Of a DNA stretch of 64,000 nt, positions 10,398-18,709 are shown one piece after another. A program made the translations under genes and the position numbers. Source of the DNA: a bacterium (GTDB lineage Bacteria > UBA8248 > JACPRG01 > G963555815); contig OZ244653.1 of assembly GCA_965218795.1 (NCBI GenBank), forward strand, positions 2,592,001-2,656,000, written 5' to 3'. The notes under the pieces are model-generated. The model was given only the letters and a program-made list of their open reading frames with translations. It was not told where the DNA came from and did not search any database. Each line of letters starts with the position of its first letter. The stretch's first letter is position 1.

Positions 10398-11570
10398 ATG
10401 GCCGCGCAGATCAAGATCAACAAACGAAACGTCGACGCCATCAGGGGCGACGGCTCGGACCGGTTCTACTGGGATGCCGACCTCCCAGGATTCGGCCTGC
10501 GCGTCCGCGCCTCGGGACGCAAGTACTTTGTCGCCCAGTTCCGCGCCAACGGCCGCCTCAGGCGCATGACGCTCGGCCCTCACGGCGCCGTCACGCCCGA
10601 GGCCGCGCGGCGGCGTGCCATGGCCGTGATCTCCGAGGCCAAGGGCGGCGGAGACCCGGCCGCTCAGCGGGACGCAGACCGCAAGGCAGCCACCATGAAG
10701 GTGCTCGGAGAGCGGTTCCTCGAAGAACACGTCTCGGTCCACTGCAAGCCGAGAACGGCCTACGAATACCGGCGTTCCGCGGAGCTGTTCATCGAACCGA
10801 AGATCGGTGCCCGCAAGGTGACCGAAATCCAGAGGAGCGACATCGCCGAATTGCACCACAGCATGCGGAAGACGCCCTACCAGGCCAACCGGACGCTGGG
10901 TGTGCTGTCGAAAATGTTCAACCTGGCGGAGATGTGGGGGATGCGGCCCGACGGTTCGAACCCGTGCCTGCACATCAAGCGCTACAAGGAGGAGAAGCGC
11001 GAGCGGTTCCTGAGCGCGGAAGAGTTCTCCCGGCTCGGGCGGGTGCTCGATGAGATGCTGGAGGACGGCTCGGAGACCCGTTCAGCGGTGGCGGCGCTCC
11101 GGTTGCTGATGCTCACCGGCTGTCGGCTGTCGGAGATCCAGAAGCTGCGCTGGGAGCATGTGGACCTGGAAGCGAACGAGTTACGGTTGCCCGATACCAA
11201 GACCGGCGGGCGGGCGGTTCCGCTGGCGCCCTCGGCGGTGCGACTGCTGGCTAGACTCCCCCGCGACGAGGAAAATCCCTGGGTGATCGCGGGCCGCAAG
11301 CCGGGCTCGCATCGCACCGATCTTCAGCACCCCTGGCGGCACATCCGGGCGCGTGCTGGACTCGACGGTGTGCGGATCCATGACCTCCGCCATTCGTTCG
11401 CTTCTCGTGCGCTGGCGCTTGGCGAGGGCCTGCCAATGATCGGAAAATTGTTGGGGCACACGCAGGTGCAGACCACGGCCCGTTACGCCCATCTCGCCCG
11501 CGACACCGTGAAGGCGTCTGCCGCCCGCATCGGGGACAGCATTGATCGGGATCTTGATGCGACAGAATGA
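10398..11570 (+). CDS. Tyrosine recombinase/integrase with N-terminal arm-binding domain
   Basis: WDADLPGFGLRV arm domain; LTGCRLSE, DTKTG, IHDLRHSFAS, LLGH, TTARYAH (R-K-H-R-H-Y intact). Confidence 0.95.
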   Translation: MAAQIKINKRNVDAIRGDGSDRFYWDADLPGFGLRVRASGRKYFVAQFRANGRLRRMTLGPHGAVTPEAARRRAMAVISEAKGGGDPAAQRDADRKAATMKVLGERFLEEHVSVHCKPRTAYEYRRSAELFIEPKIGARKVTEIQRSDIAELHHSMRKTPYQANRTLGVLSKMFNLAEMWGMRPDGSNPCLHIKRYKEEKRERFLSAEEFSRLGRVLDEMLEDGSETRSAVAALRLLMLTGCRLSEIQKLRWEHVDLEANELRLPDTKTGGRAVPLAPSAVRLLARLPRDEENPWVIAGRKPGSHRTDLQHPWRHIRARAGLDGVRIHDLRHSFASRALALGEGLPMIGKLLGHTQVQTTARYAHLARDTVKASAARIGDSIDRDLDATE

Positions 11571-11624
11571 TGTGTAGAAAGACCTGCGACAGCGAGGACG
11601 GAACGGTCTCCCCGACAAATACAA

Positions 11625-11935
11625 CTTAGATGCATCGAGCCGTTTTCATCGGCCGTAGAATCCTATTATCATATTGATATTATTGGATAATACACATACT
11701 TCCTGCTCTCGTCCGGAACCTGCCTTCTACAGTCTGTCATCAAAATGAAAGCGGATCCGTTAAAAATCCTGCGCATCCCGGCGAGTTCCTATCGGACCGT
11801 TGCACCTCCGTCCTCCAAAGTCCGACCCCGCAACAACTCGCTTACGGTTATGCTCCGGCACCCCGCAACGTTCATTCAGGAACCAGCGGTCCACGCCCCA
11901 TGACGGCGCCCGATTGGCGCCCGCGGCGCAGTCGA
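11625..11935 (+). repeat. Dispersed integrase-tail non-coding repeat, copy A
   Basis: Shares tatcatattgatattattggataa, atcaaaatgaaagcggat, cggaccgtt, cgcaacaactcgct blocks with copies at ~32.3, 34.1 and 46.8/47.9 kb. Confidence 0.85.
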
Positions 11936-12182
11936 CTACAGCGACGATGATCTTCTGAGCGGGGTGATCGCCGGCAGTCCGTTTCCAAGACGCGGATTAT
12001 CGTAACCAGCAGCCCCATCGAGTCTGGATGCTCCGCTTCTCCCGGTTCAACCTCTCACGTTCCGCCCGTCGTCACGGCATTCCGGTCCAGCCATTACGCC
12101 TCATCGTGTGGAGTTACTTAGAGAATTAGTAGCCGTTGCTGGTCTCGTATGAGAGCGGCATATACGCTGGACACTGCAGTCG

Positions 12183-12284
12183 CGAGGAGAATGGGAGAAC
12201 TTCGCGCTTGAGAACAATGTCGTAGTGGTGCGCTGGAAAGAGGTGCCAGACCTTTCAGAGATTGGGGACCGTACGATATACTAA
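12183..12284 (+). pseudogene. Short remnant resembling N-terminus of Mrr-associated restriction proteins
   Basis: Translates RGEWENFALENNVVVVRWKEVPDLSEIGDR then stop; similarity judged from memory only. Confidence 0.3.
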
Positions 12285-12418
12285 CTGATTACCAATAGGG
12301 GAATGCTGGCTTCAAGGATTGGTGGATCCTGGCGGTTCAGGAAGATCGAGATCGACCCATGGACCGAAGCGAACGCGGTCGGGCCGGATGACCCAGGAGA
12401 GCAGGCGGAGCGGAAACC

Positions 12419-15400
12419 ATGATGGTCCCAACGATATTCGAAACCTGCCGGCCACGCGCCGATGTTCTCAAGGGAGCGATTACCGAATCCGACTTCGCGG
12501 CTGATCTGGCCCAAGTCATCATCGGCAAGGGGAATGAGGAATATCTCGACCCGGTTCGGTTCTTCGCCAACACCTATCCCACGAGGGGCCTCAAGAACCT
12601 GCTCGCCAATGTGTGCCGGCGGCTGACCGGCGCGGGCGGTGAAGTCGCGTCGATTTTCCGTCTCGACACCTCCTACGGCGGCGGCAAGACCCACGGTCTG
12701 ATCGCGTTGTGCCACGCCGCACGCGGCATGAAGGGCGTGTCGAACGTCTCGGAGTTTGTCGATCCTTCTATTCTGCCGGAAGGCCGCGTCCGCATCGCCG
12801 CCTTCGATGGCGAGAACGCGGATCCGGCCAATGGTCGCAGGATGGAAGAAGGTCTTCTCGCGTACACCCCCTGGGGCGAGATCGCTTACGCGCTTGCCGG
12901 CAAGGATGGGTATGAGCGGGTGCGCAAGAGCGACGAAAGCCGCATCGCGCCCGGCGCCGAGACCCTGCGCGAGTTGTTCGGCGGCGAGCCGACCCTGATC
13001 CTGCTCGACGAGTTGTCGGTTTACCTGCGCAAGGTACGCAACCTCGAGGATGCCCGCGATCAGTTGACGGCGTTCCTGACCTCGTTGTTCAAGGCCGTCG
13101 AAAGCGCGCCTGAGGCCGCCCTCGTCTATACGTTAGCGATCGGCAAGGACGGACGTGCAACCGACGCCTATAACGAAGAAAACCAGTTTATCGCCGATCA
13201 CATGGCGGAAGCGGAGAGCGTCTCGGCGCGCAAGGCGACGCTGTTGAATCCCACCGAGGAAGACGAGACGGTTCAGGTGCTCCGTCGCCGCCTGTTCGAA
13301 TCCATTGACGAGGCGAAGATTCCGGCGGTTACGGATGCCTACCGGGCGCTTTGGGGAGCCAACGCGGAGTCCCTGGCGGATGATGCCGCCCGGCCCGAGA
13401 CCGTGGAGACCTTCAGATCGAGTTATCCTCTGCACCCGGAAGTTCTGGAAACCCTGACGGGCAAGACCGCGACGCTCGGCAATTTTCAGCGGGTGCGCGG
13501 CATGCTGCGGCTGCTGGCGCGCACGATCTCGCATCTTTGGGAGGAAAAGCCCGCGGACGCGGCCTCGATTCACCTTCACCATATCGATCCGGGCCATGAG
13601 CCGATCCGACAGGAGATCGTGACGCGTCTCGGGCAGTCCGCCTACGTGCCGGCCATCACCAACGATGTCGCCGCCGGATCGGTCGAAAAGAAGGCGCTGG
13701 CGCAGGAGATCGATGCCGCCCATCACGGCGGCCTGCCGCCGTATGCGGTCTACGTCGCCCGCACCATCTTCATGCACACGCTCGCCTTCAACGATCCGCT
13801 CAAGGGGATTTCGCCGGAGCTGTTGCGTTATTCGGTCCTCGGTCCCACGACGGACATCAGCTTTATCGAGGAAGCGCGCAAGAAGTTCATCGCCGAGTCC
13901 GCCTACCTTGACGACCGCCCCGTCGCGCCGATGCGCTTTCTCGTCGAGGCCAATCTGCGTCAGATTATCCGACGCGAGGAACGCCACGTCGATGCCGGGG
14001 AAGCGCGCGCCCACCTCAACGACCGCATCCGCCAGATATTCGGAGGCAAGACGTTCGAGACGGTATCTTTCCCCGGCGGGCCGTTCGACGTTCCCGACGA
14101 GGTCGGCGACGGCCGGCCGAAGCTCGTCGTCCTGGCCTATGACGGCGTGACCATCGGCGGATCCGTCGAGAACGTGCCTGAGTTGATCGAGCGCATTTAC
14201 GCCCGGAAAGGCTCGGAAGGCTCGGCCTTGCGGGTGCTTCGAAACAATGTGGCGTTCGTGGTCGCGGAGGACGCCCGCAAGGAGGAGATGCGCCGAAAGA
14301 CCGATTATCGTTTGGCGCTGCGGGAACTGAAAAAGCCTGAACGCCTCATCGATCTGGCGGAGCATCAGCAAGACCTGGTGCGCGAGATGGAGGCCCGGTC
14401 CGATCAGGAGCTCGCGATCGCCATTCAACAGTGCTACCGGCACGTTTTCTACCCGTCCCGCAACCGGGTCGGCGCAAGCGACGTCGATCTGACCCACTCG
14501 GCGATCGACATCCATTCCACCTCCGATCAGCCCGGCGCAGGTCAGCAACAGATTGTGCGGGCATTACGAGACCTCAAGAAACTGCGCCTGTCCGAGGACG
14601 AACCGGATTCCCCCGCCTATGTGCGCGATCGTACACCGCTCAAAAGGGGTCAAATCACCACGCTGGTGCTGCGCGACGAGTTCCGGCGCGATCCGGCCCT
14701 GCCCATCCTGATCGGCAACGACATCTTCATTCGCGGAGTACGGCGCGGCATCGAGCAGGGCGAATACGTCTACAAACGCGGAGATCTGTTGTTCGGACCG
14801 GGCGACCCGGCAGCCGGCATCATGATCGATGAGCAATCCGTGGTCTTCACCATGGCGTATGCGAAGAATGCCGGCATCTGGCCCCGGAAAAGGCCGGGAG
14901 AATCCGAGCAGCCGGCCCTGGAGGGCGAAAAGACAGACCAACCCGGCGAGCCGTCCCGCGGCGGACGAAGCGCGGGCTCCGGCGCGGAGCCGGTCGGTCG
15001 CCATTCTATCAGAGAGGCGCCAGGCTCGTTTACCGCCGAGGGCGTTCTTAAAGAGGCGCTGGTGAAGTTGTGGGAACAGGCCCGGTTCCAGAAAGTCGAG
15101 GCGATAGGCACCCTCGCAATCCGCATGTTCGAGGCGGGGGACGCCTTCCGGCTTCTCGGCGCCGTGGGCGCCGTATCCGGGGCGGACAAGAGCGTCGAGA
15201 TCACGGGCGGCTATGAGACCCGCGAGGGTGGATCGTTCGAGTTGGAGTTCCGAGGGCCGGTATCGGACGCCCAGCCGGTGAAGGAGTTTTTGGAGCCGCA
15301 GCTTCGCGACGCAAGTTCCAAGAACCTGGAGGCGGGGTTCGAGTTGACCTTTGCCGAGGGTCTTTCCATGCATGGCGACGCCGCGGAGAAGCTCACTGAA

Positions 15401-15463
15401 AGCCTTGCCCGGTTCGCGAGCGGCGCGGCCTACGTGTCGGCCACGGCCGAGGTCAAGACTTGA
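12419..15463 (+). CDS. DUF499-family AAA+ ATPase (BrxC-related)
   Basis: FAADL, FFANTYPTRGL, Walker A LDTSYGGGKTH, TPWGEIA, Walker B LILLDE, SYPLHPE, FQRVRGMLR. Confidence 0.9.
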   Translation: MMVPTIFETCRPRADVLKGAITESDFAADLAQVIIGKGNEEYLDPVRFFANTYPTRGLKNLLANVCRRLTGAGGEVASIFRLDTSYGGGKTHGLIALCHAARGMKGVSNVSEFVDPSILPEGRVRIAAFDGENADPANGRRMEEGLLAYTPWGEIAYALAGKDGYERVRKSDESRIAPGAETLRELFGGEPTLILLDELSVYLRKVRNLEDARDQLTAFLTSLFKAVESAPEAALVYTLAIGKDGRATDAYNEENQFIADHMAEAESVSARKATLLNPTEEDETVQVLRRRLFESIDEAKIPAVTDAYRALWGANAESLADDAARPETVETFRSSYPLHPEVLETLTGKTATLGNFQRVRGMLRLLARTISHLWEEKPADAASIHLHHIDPGHEPIRQEIVTRLGQSAYVPAITNDVAAGSVEKKALAQEIDAAHHGGLPPYAVYVARTIFMHTLAFNDPLKGISPELLRYSVLGPTTDISFIEEARKKFIAESAYLDDRPVAPMRFLVEANLRQIIRREERHVDAGEARAHLNDRIRQIFGGKTFETVSFPGGPFDVPDEVGDGRPKLVVLAYDGVTIGGSVENVPELIERIYARKGSEGSALRVLRNNVAFVVAEDARKEEMRRKTDYRLALRELKKPERLIDLAEHQQDLVREMEARSDQELAIAIQQCYRHVFYPSRNRVGASDVDLTHSAIDIHSTSDQPGAGQQQIVRALRDLKKLRLSEDEPDSPAYVRDRTPLKRGQITTLVLRDEFRRDPALPILIGNDIFIRGVRRGIEQGEYVYKRGDLLFGPGDPAAGIMIDEQSVVFTMAYAKNAGIWPRKRPGESEQPALEGEKTDQPGEPSRGGRSAGSGAEPVGRHSIREAPGSFTAEGVLKEALVKLWEQARFQKVEAIGTLAIRMFEAGDAFRLLGAVGAVSGADKSVEITGGYETREGGSFELEFRGPVSDAQPVKEFLEPQLRDASSKNLEAGFELTFAEGLSMHGDAAEKLTESLARFASGAAYVSATAEVKT

Positions 15464-15464
15464 G

Positions 15465-15944
15465 ATGGCGCGCCTGGAGAGAATCGCCCAGATCGAGACG
15501 CCGGACTCCGCGCCCCGGTACGAATTGCGGGTGCGTCGTCACGGACCGGCCGGCAGCGAGTATGAAATCTGGCAGATGCCTGCGACAGCCACGCCGCAGT
15601 TGACATCGGCGCTGCGCCTCGCGGGGCTTCGGGGCCGCAACCTCGAACTAGTCGAGCACCGTGTGCTGAAGCGGCTTTCGCAATCCGGCGTCAAGCCGGT
15701 CCAGAGCGTGGACATCAGAAAGCGCGGCTATGCGCTCAACGAGGATCTCGCGCTGACGTTGGGGCTTTTGTTCCGCGCGCTTGCTCCGATGCGCAGCCGC
15801 GACAACATGCGGGCGGTGGCTGAAGGCATCGAGGCCATGGGACGCGAGGAGGCCGCCTATTGGCTCGGCATGGCGATGCACCGTAAGAATCCGCGTCGGG
15901 TGCTGACCGCTCTGCGTTTCCTTCTGACCGAGCCGAAACGTTGA
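15465..15944 (+). CDS. Small conserved partner of DUF499 systems (DUF3780-like)
   Basis: ATG 1 nt after ATPase stop; C-terminal EEAAYWLG...ALRFLL; typical position in DUF499-DUF1156 operons. Confidence 0.65.
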   Translation: MARLERIAQIETPDSAPRYELRVRRHGPAGSEYEIWQMPATATPQLTSALRLAGLRGRNLELVEHRVLKRLSQSGVKPVQSVDIRKRGYALNEDLALTLGLLFRALAPMRSRDNMRAVAEGIEAMGREEAAYWLGMAMHRKNPRRVLTALRFLLTEPKR

Positions 15945-16002
15945 GCGGACGGGCCGGTATGCAAACGACACGGAACGGCGATATAATGGATGCTCAACAA
16001 CA

Positions 16003-16103
16003 CCAGACTCGTCATGCGATACGAACTGCGGGCGCGCAATCACGGCCCGGGCGACGCCGAGTACGAAAACTGGCAGATACTGGCGTCAGCGCACCGCAGG
16101 TGA
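16003..16103 (+). repeat. Degenerate partial duplicate of the 5' end of the 15465 gene
   Basis: MRYELRARNHGPGDAEYENWQI* vs RYELRVRRHGPAGSEYEIWQM at ~15515-15580. Confidence 0.8.
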
Positions 16104-16168
16104 TCCCGTGATACGCATTGCCGCGCCCATGGAGCTGCAATCTGGATTTGTAGGAGAGAACGGGTAAC

Positions 16169-16861
16169 ATGCGGATCGAGCCGGAGATAAGTGGCGTGAG
16201 CATCGTCTTGCTCGGACAGTTCACCCCGGCGATTTTCACGCCCGCTTGGTTCGCGCTGCACGACCTTCTGCCGAAGGGTGTTGCGGAAAGCGCGCAGTTG
16301 CAGGTTGCCCACCAGGGGTTGACCGTATTTTCCGCCGACTGGCTTCGCCTGGAGGTAACGCCCGATCGGTTTCAGGTCGAAACCTTGCTGGCGCCCCATA
16401 TCCGCGTGCGCGACTTCGTCTTGCGCGTGTTCAAGGAGCATCTACACCGTAGGCCCCTCAACACGTTCGGGATCAATCGGAACGTGCATTTCCGGGTAGG
16501 AGGCTTTGCTGAACGAGATCAAATCGGCAGAACGCTGGCACCGGTGGAGCCATGGGGAGACTTGGGGCAGAACCTCGGGCTGGACGGTGAGCACGGCGGC
16601 ATGAAGTCGCTGACGATGTCACGAATCGGTCCGGAAGGAAGATCAAAGGGCGATTCCATCAACATCATAGTGGAGCCCTCCATCCAAATCGGCGATGGAC
16701 GATTGGGGGTTTACGTCGCAGTCAACGATCACTACTCTATAGAGAGTTCCAGCCCCGAACCGGGCCAACGTTTGATGGAGTTGCTTGAGGAAAACTTCGA
16801 GGCCTCTCTCAAGAGAAGCGATGGCGTCATCGATCACGTCATGTCCCTGAGCGAGGGATAG
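16169..16861 (+). CDS. Hypothetical protein, cassette gene 1 (possibly TIGR04255-like)
   Basis: 230 aa, AGGAG RBS; SIVLLGQFTPAIFTPAWF, FGINRNVHF, VAVNDHY. Confidence 0.7.
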   Translation: MRIEPEISGVSIVLLGQFTPAIFTPAWFALHDLLPKGVAESAQLQVAHQGLTVFSADWLRLEVTPDRFQVETLLAPHIRVRDFVLRVFKEHLHRRPLNTFGINRNVHFRVGGFAERDQIGRTLAPVEPWGDLGQNLGLDGEHGGMKSLTMSRIGPEGRSKGDSINIIVEPSIQIGDGRLGVYVAVNDHYSIESSSPEPGQRLMELLEENFEASLKRSDGVIDHVMSLSEG

Positions 16862-16874
16862 GAGGTTTAGCTTC

Positions 16875-17591
16875 ATGCCAGTGGCGAGTCAATCTAGCGT
16901 AATACAAAGTGCCTTCGCGTCCGAAGTGCACGTCAATTCTGATGAGGAAGCCACACAATATATCGTTCAGGATGCGGACCAAGCCGTCCACTCGGCATTG
17001 AGGCATGGACCGGGCGCACTGACAACGGAAGTGCACGACCGGGATACGAAATCGGAAACCCTGCCGGCGTTCTTCAGTCGTGAAGTGGAGCAGGCCGTCC
17101 ACTCGGCATTGAAGCATGGACCGAGCACCCTGACAACGGAAGTGCACGACCGGGATACGAAATCGGAAACCCTGCCGGCGTTCCCTGGTCGCGAGCAGGA
17201 CAACGTCGGACTTGCCGACATCGTGCACCTGCCTCCGCCCCAGCCGCGTTGGACGCCTGCCGACACCCTTCACCCACTCCAGGAGTGGGAAGGATATGTC
17301 GTTGAGATCGGCGCGACGGACTTCATGGCGCGGCTGGTTGACTTGACGGCCGGCTCGACGCATGAAGAGGAAGAAGCGGTGATTCCTCTGGCCGAGATAT
17401 CGGATAACGACGCCGACAGGATATGCGCCGGTAGTATATTTCGCTGGGTAATCGGCTACCAACGCTCTCCGGCGGGAACGAAGAAGCGGGTGTCCTACTT
17501 CGTGTTCCGCGACCTACCCGCCATCACCGAGACCGATTTGCATGACGGTGAGGCGTGGGCGCTTGAAACCATCCGGTCGCTCGGTCTGTGA
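16875..17591 (+). CDS. Hypothetical protein, cassette gene 2 (repeat N-terminus, beta-rich C-terminal domain)
   Basis: GGAGG RBS; 37-aa tandem repeat; LQEWEGYVVEI...FMARLVDL...IFRWVIGY; stop overlaps next start (GTGA). Confidence 0.75.
   Translation: MPVASQSSVIQSAFASEVHVNSDEEATQYIVQDADQAVHSALRHGPGALTTEVHDRDTKSETLPAFFSREVEQAVHSALKHGPSTLTTEVHDRDTKSETLPAFPGREQDNVGLADIVHLPPPQPRWTPADTLHPLQEWEGYVVEIGATDFMARLVDLTAGSTHEEEEAVIPLAEISDNDADRICAGSIFRWVIGYQRSPAGTKKRVSYFVFRDLPAITETDLHDGEAWALETIRSLGL
16980..17183 (+). repeat. In-frame 111-bp tandem duplication (about 1.8 copies)
   Basis: gccgtccactcggcattga at 16983 and 17094; QAVHSAL(R/K)HGP..LTTEVHDRDTKSETLPAF twice. Confidence 0.95.
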
Positions 17592-18667
17592 CGGAGACGG
17601 GAACTCCGCCGGACAAAGGCGAGTTCGAACTCACGCTTTTCGGTCCCGGCTACGGCGAGAGCATCGTCTTGCACGTCGGCGGCGGCGTCTGGATCCTCGT
17701 TGACTCCTGCCTCGATACAGACGGAACGCCGCGATCCCTGAAGTACCTGGAGAACATCGGTGTCGATCCGGCTGAGGCCGTCGATCTGATCGTTGCGACC
17801 CATTGGCACGACGATCACATACGCGGAATAAAGAAACAGGTCGAAGTCTGCAAGAAGGCCGCTTTCTGCTGCGCCAGCGTGCTGTGCGAGAAGGAGTTTC
17901 TCACCGCTGTCGGCACCCTGAAAGACCGCCACCCCTCCGGCGTCGGCTACGGGCTGAGAGAGATTCACGGCGTTTTCTCGCGGCCTTCGCAAGTAGCGTC
18001 GAAACTGAAGCTGGCCATTGCCGACCGCCGTATTTTTTCTCAAGGCGCGTGTGAAATCTGGTCGCTTTCGCCCAACGACGCGAACTTCTTGAACTTCCTG
18101 AGAACCATCGGCCGCTTACTGCCCGCAGTAGGAAAGAGCAAGACGAGGATTCCAAGCCTTTCTCCCAACGATGTCGCCGTCGCGCTCTGGGTCAAGATCG
18201 AAGACATCGCGGTGCTGCTTGGTTCGGACCTGGAGAAGCGCGGCTGGATCGAGATTCTACAGAATCCGACGCGCCCGAACGGCAAGGCGTCGGCGTTCAA
18301 GGTTCCGCACCATGGATCGAAGAACGCTCACGAACCGGAGGTGTGGAAACGCATGCTGGCTCCCGACCCCTTCGCGGTTCTCACGCCCTGGCGCAAAGGC
18401 AGTCACACCCTACCGAGTCAACAGGATGTGCGGCGAATTCTCTCCTTCACAACGAACGCCTACGCAACCGCGAGGATGGATTCGTCCACACGATCTCCTG
18501 TGAGCAGGATCAAGATGGTGGAACGAACCATCCGGGAATCCGGTGTCAAGCTTCGCCGGCTTGCGATGTTACCCGGCGCGGTTCGACTGCGGAGATCACT
18601 CGGTTCGCGGACGCAATGGAAGATCGAGACGTTCGGAGCGGCGTGTCATCTTAAGAACTCCGCCTGA
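17588..18667 (+). CDS. MBL-fold (ComEC/Rec2-like) metallo-hydrolase, probable nuclease, cassette gene 3
   Basis: GPGYGES, LVDSC, THWHDDH, LLGSDL, KVPHHGS motifs. Confidence 0.88.
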   Translation: MTETGTPPDKGEFELTLFGPGYGESIVLHVGGGVWILVDSCLDTDGTPRSLKYLENIGVDPAEAVDLIVATHWHDDHIRGIKKQVEVCKKAAFCCASVLCEKEFLTAVGTLKDRHPSGVGYGLREIHGVFSRPSQVASKLKLAIADRRIFSQGACEIWSLSPNDANFLNFLRTIGRLLPAVGKSKTRIPSLSPNDVAVALWVKIEDIAVLLGSDLEKRGWIEILQNPTRPNGKASAFKVPHHGSKNAHEPEVWKRMLAPDPFAVLTPWRKGSHTLPSQQDVRRILSFTTNAYATARMDSSTRSPVSRIKMVERTIRESGVKLRRLAMLPGAVRLRRSLGSRTQWKIETFGAACHLKNSA

Positions 18668-18709
18668 CAATAATCAATCACTACAACACGTCGATGCGGA
18701 TTTGAGTCC

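Noticed and set aside
11746-11903. 52-codon ORF (MKADPLKILR...) inside repeat copy A
   Set aside because: Stops early in copies B and D, so not a conserved protein
16980-17183. Possible CRISPR-like repeat
   Set aside because: Only two long in-frame units, no unique spacers, no cas genes
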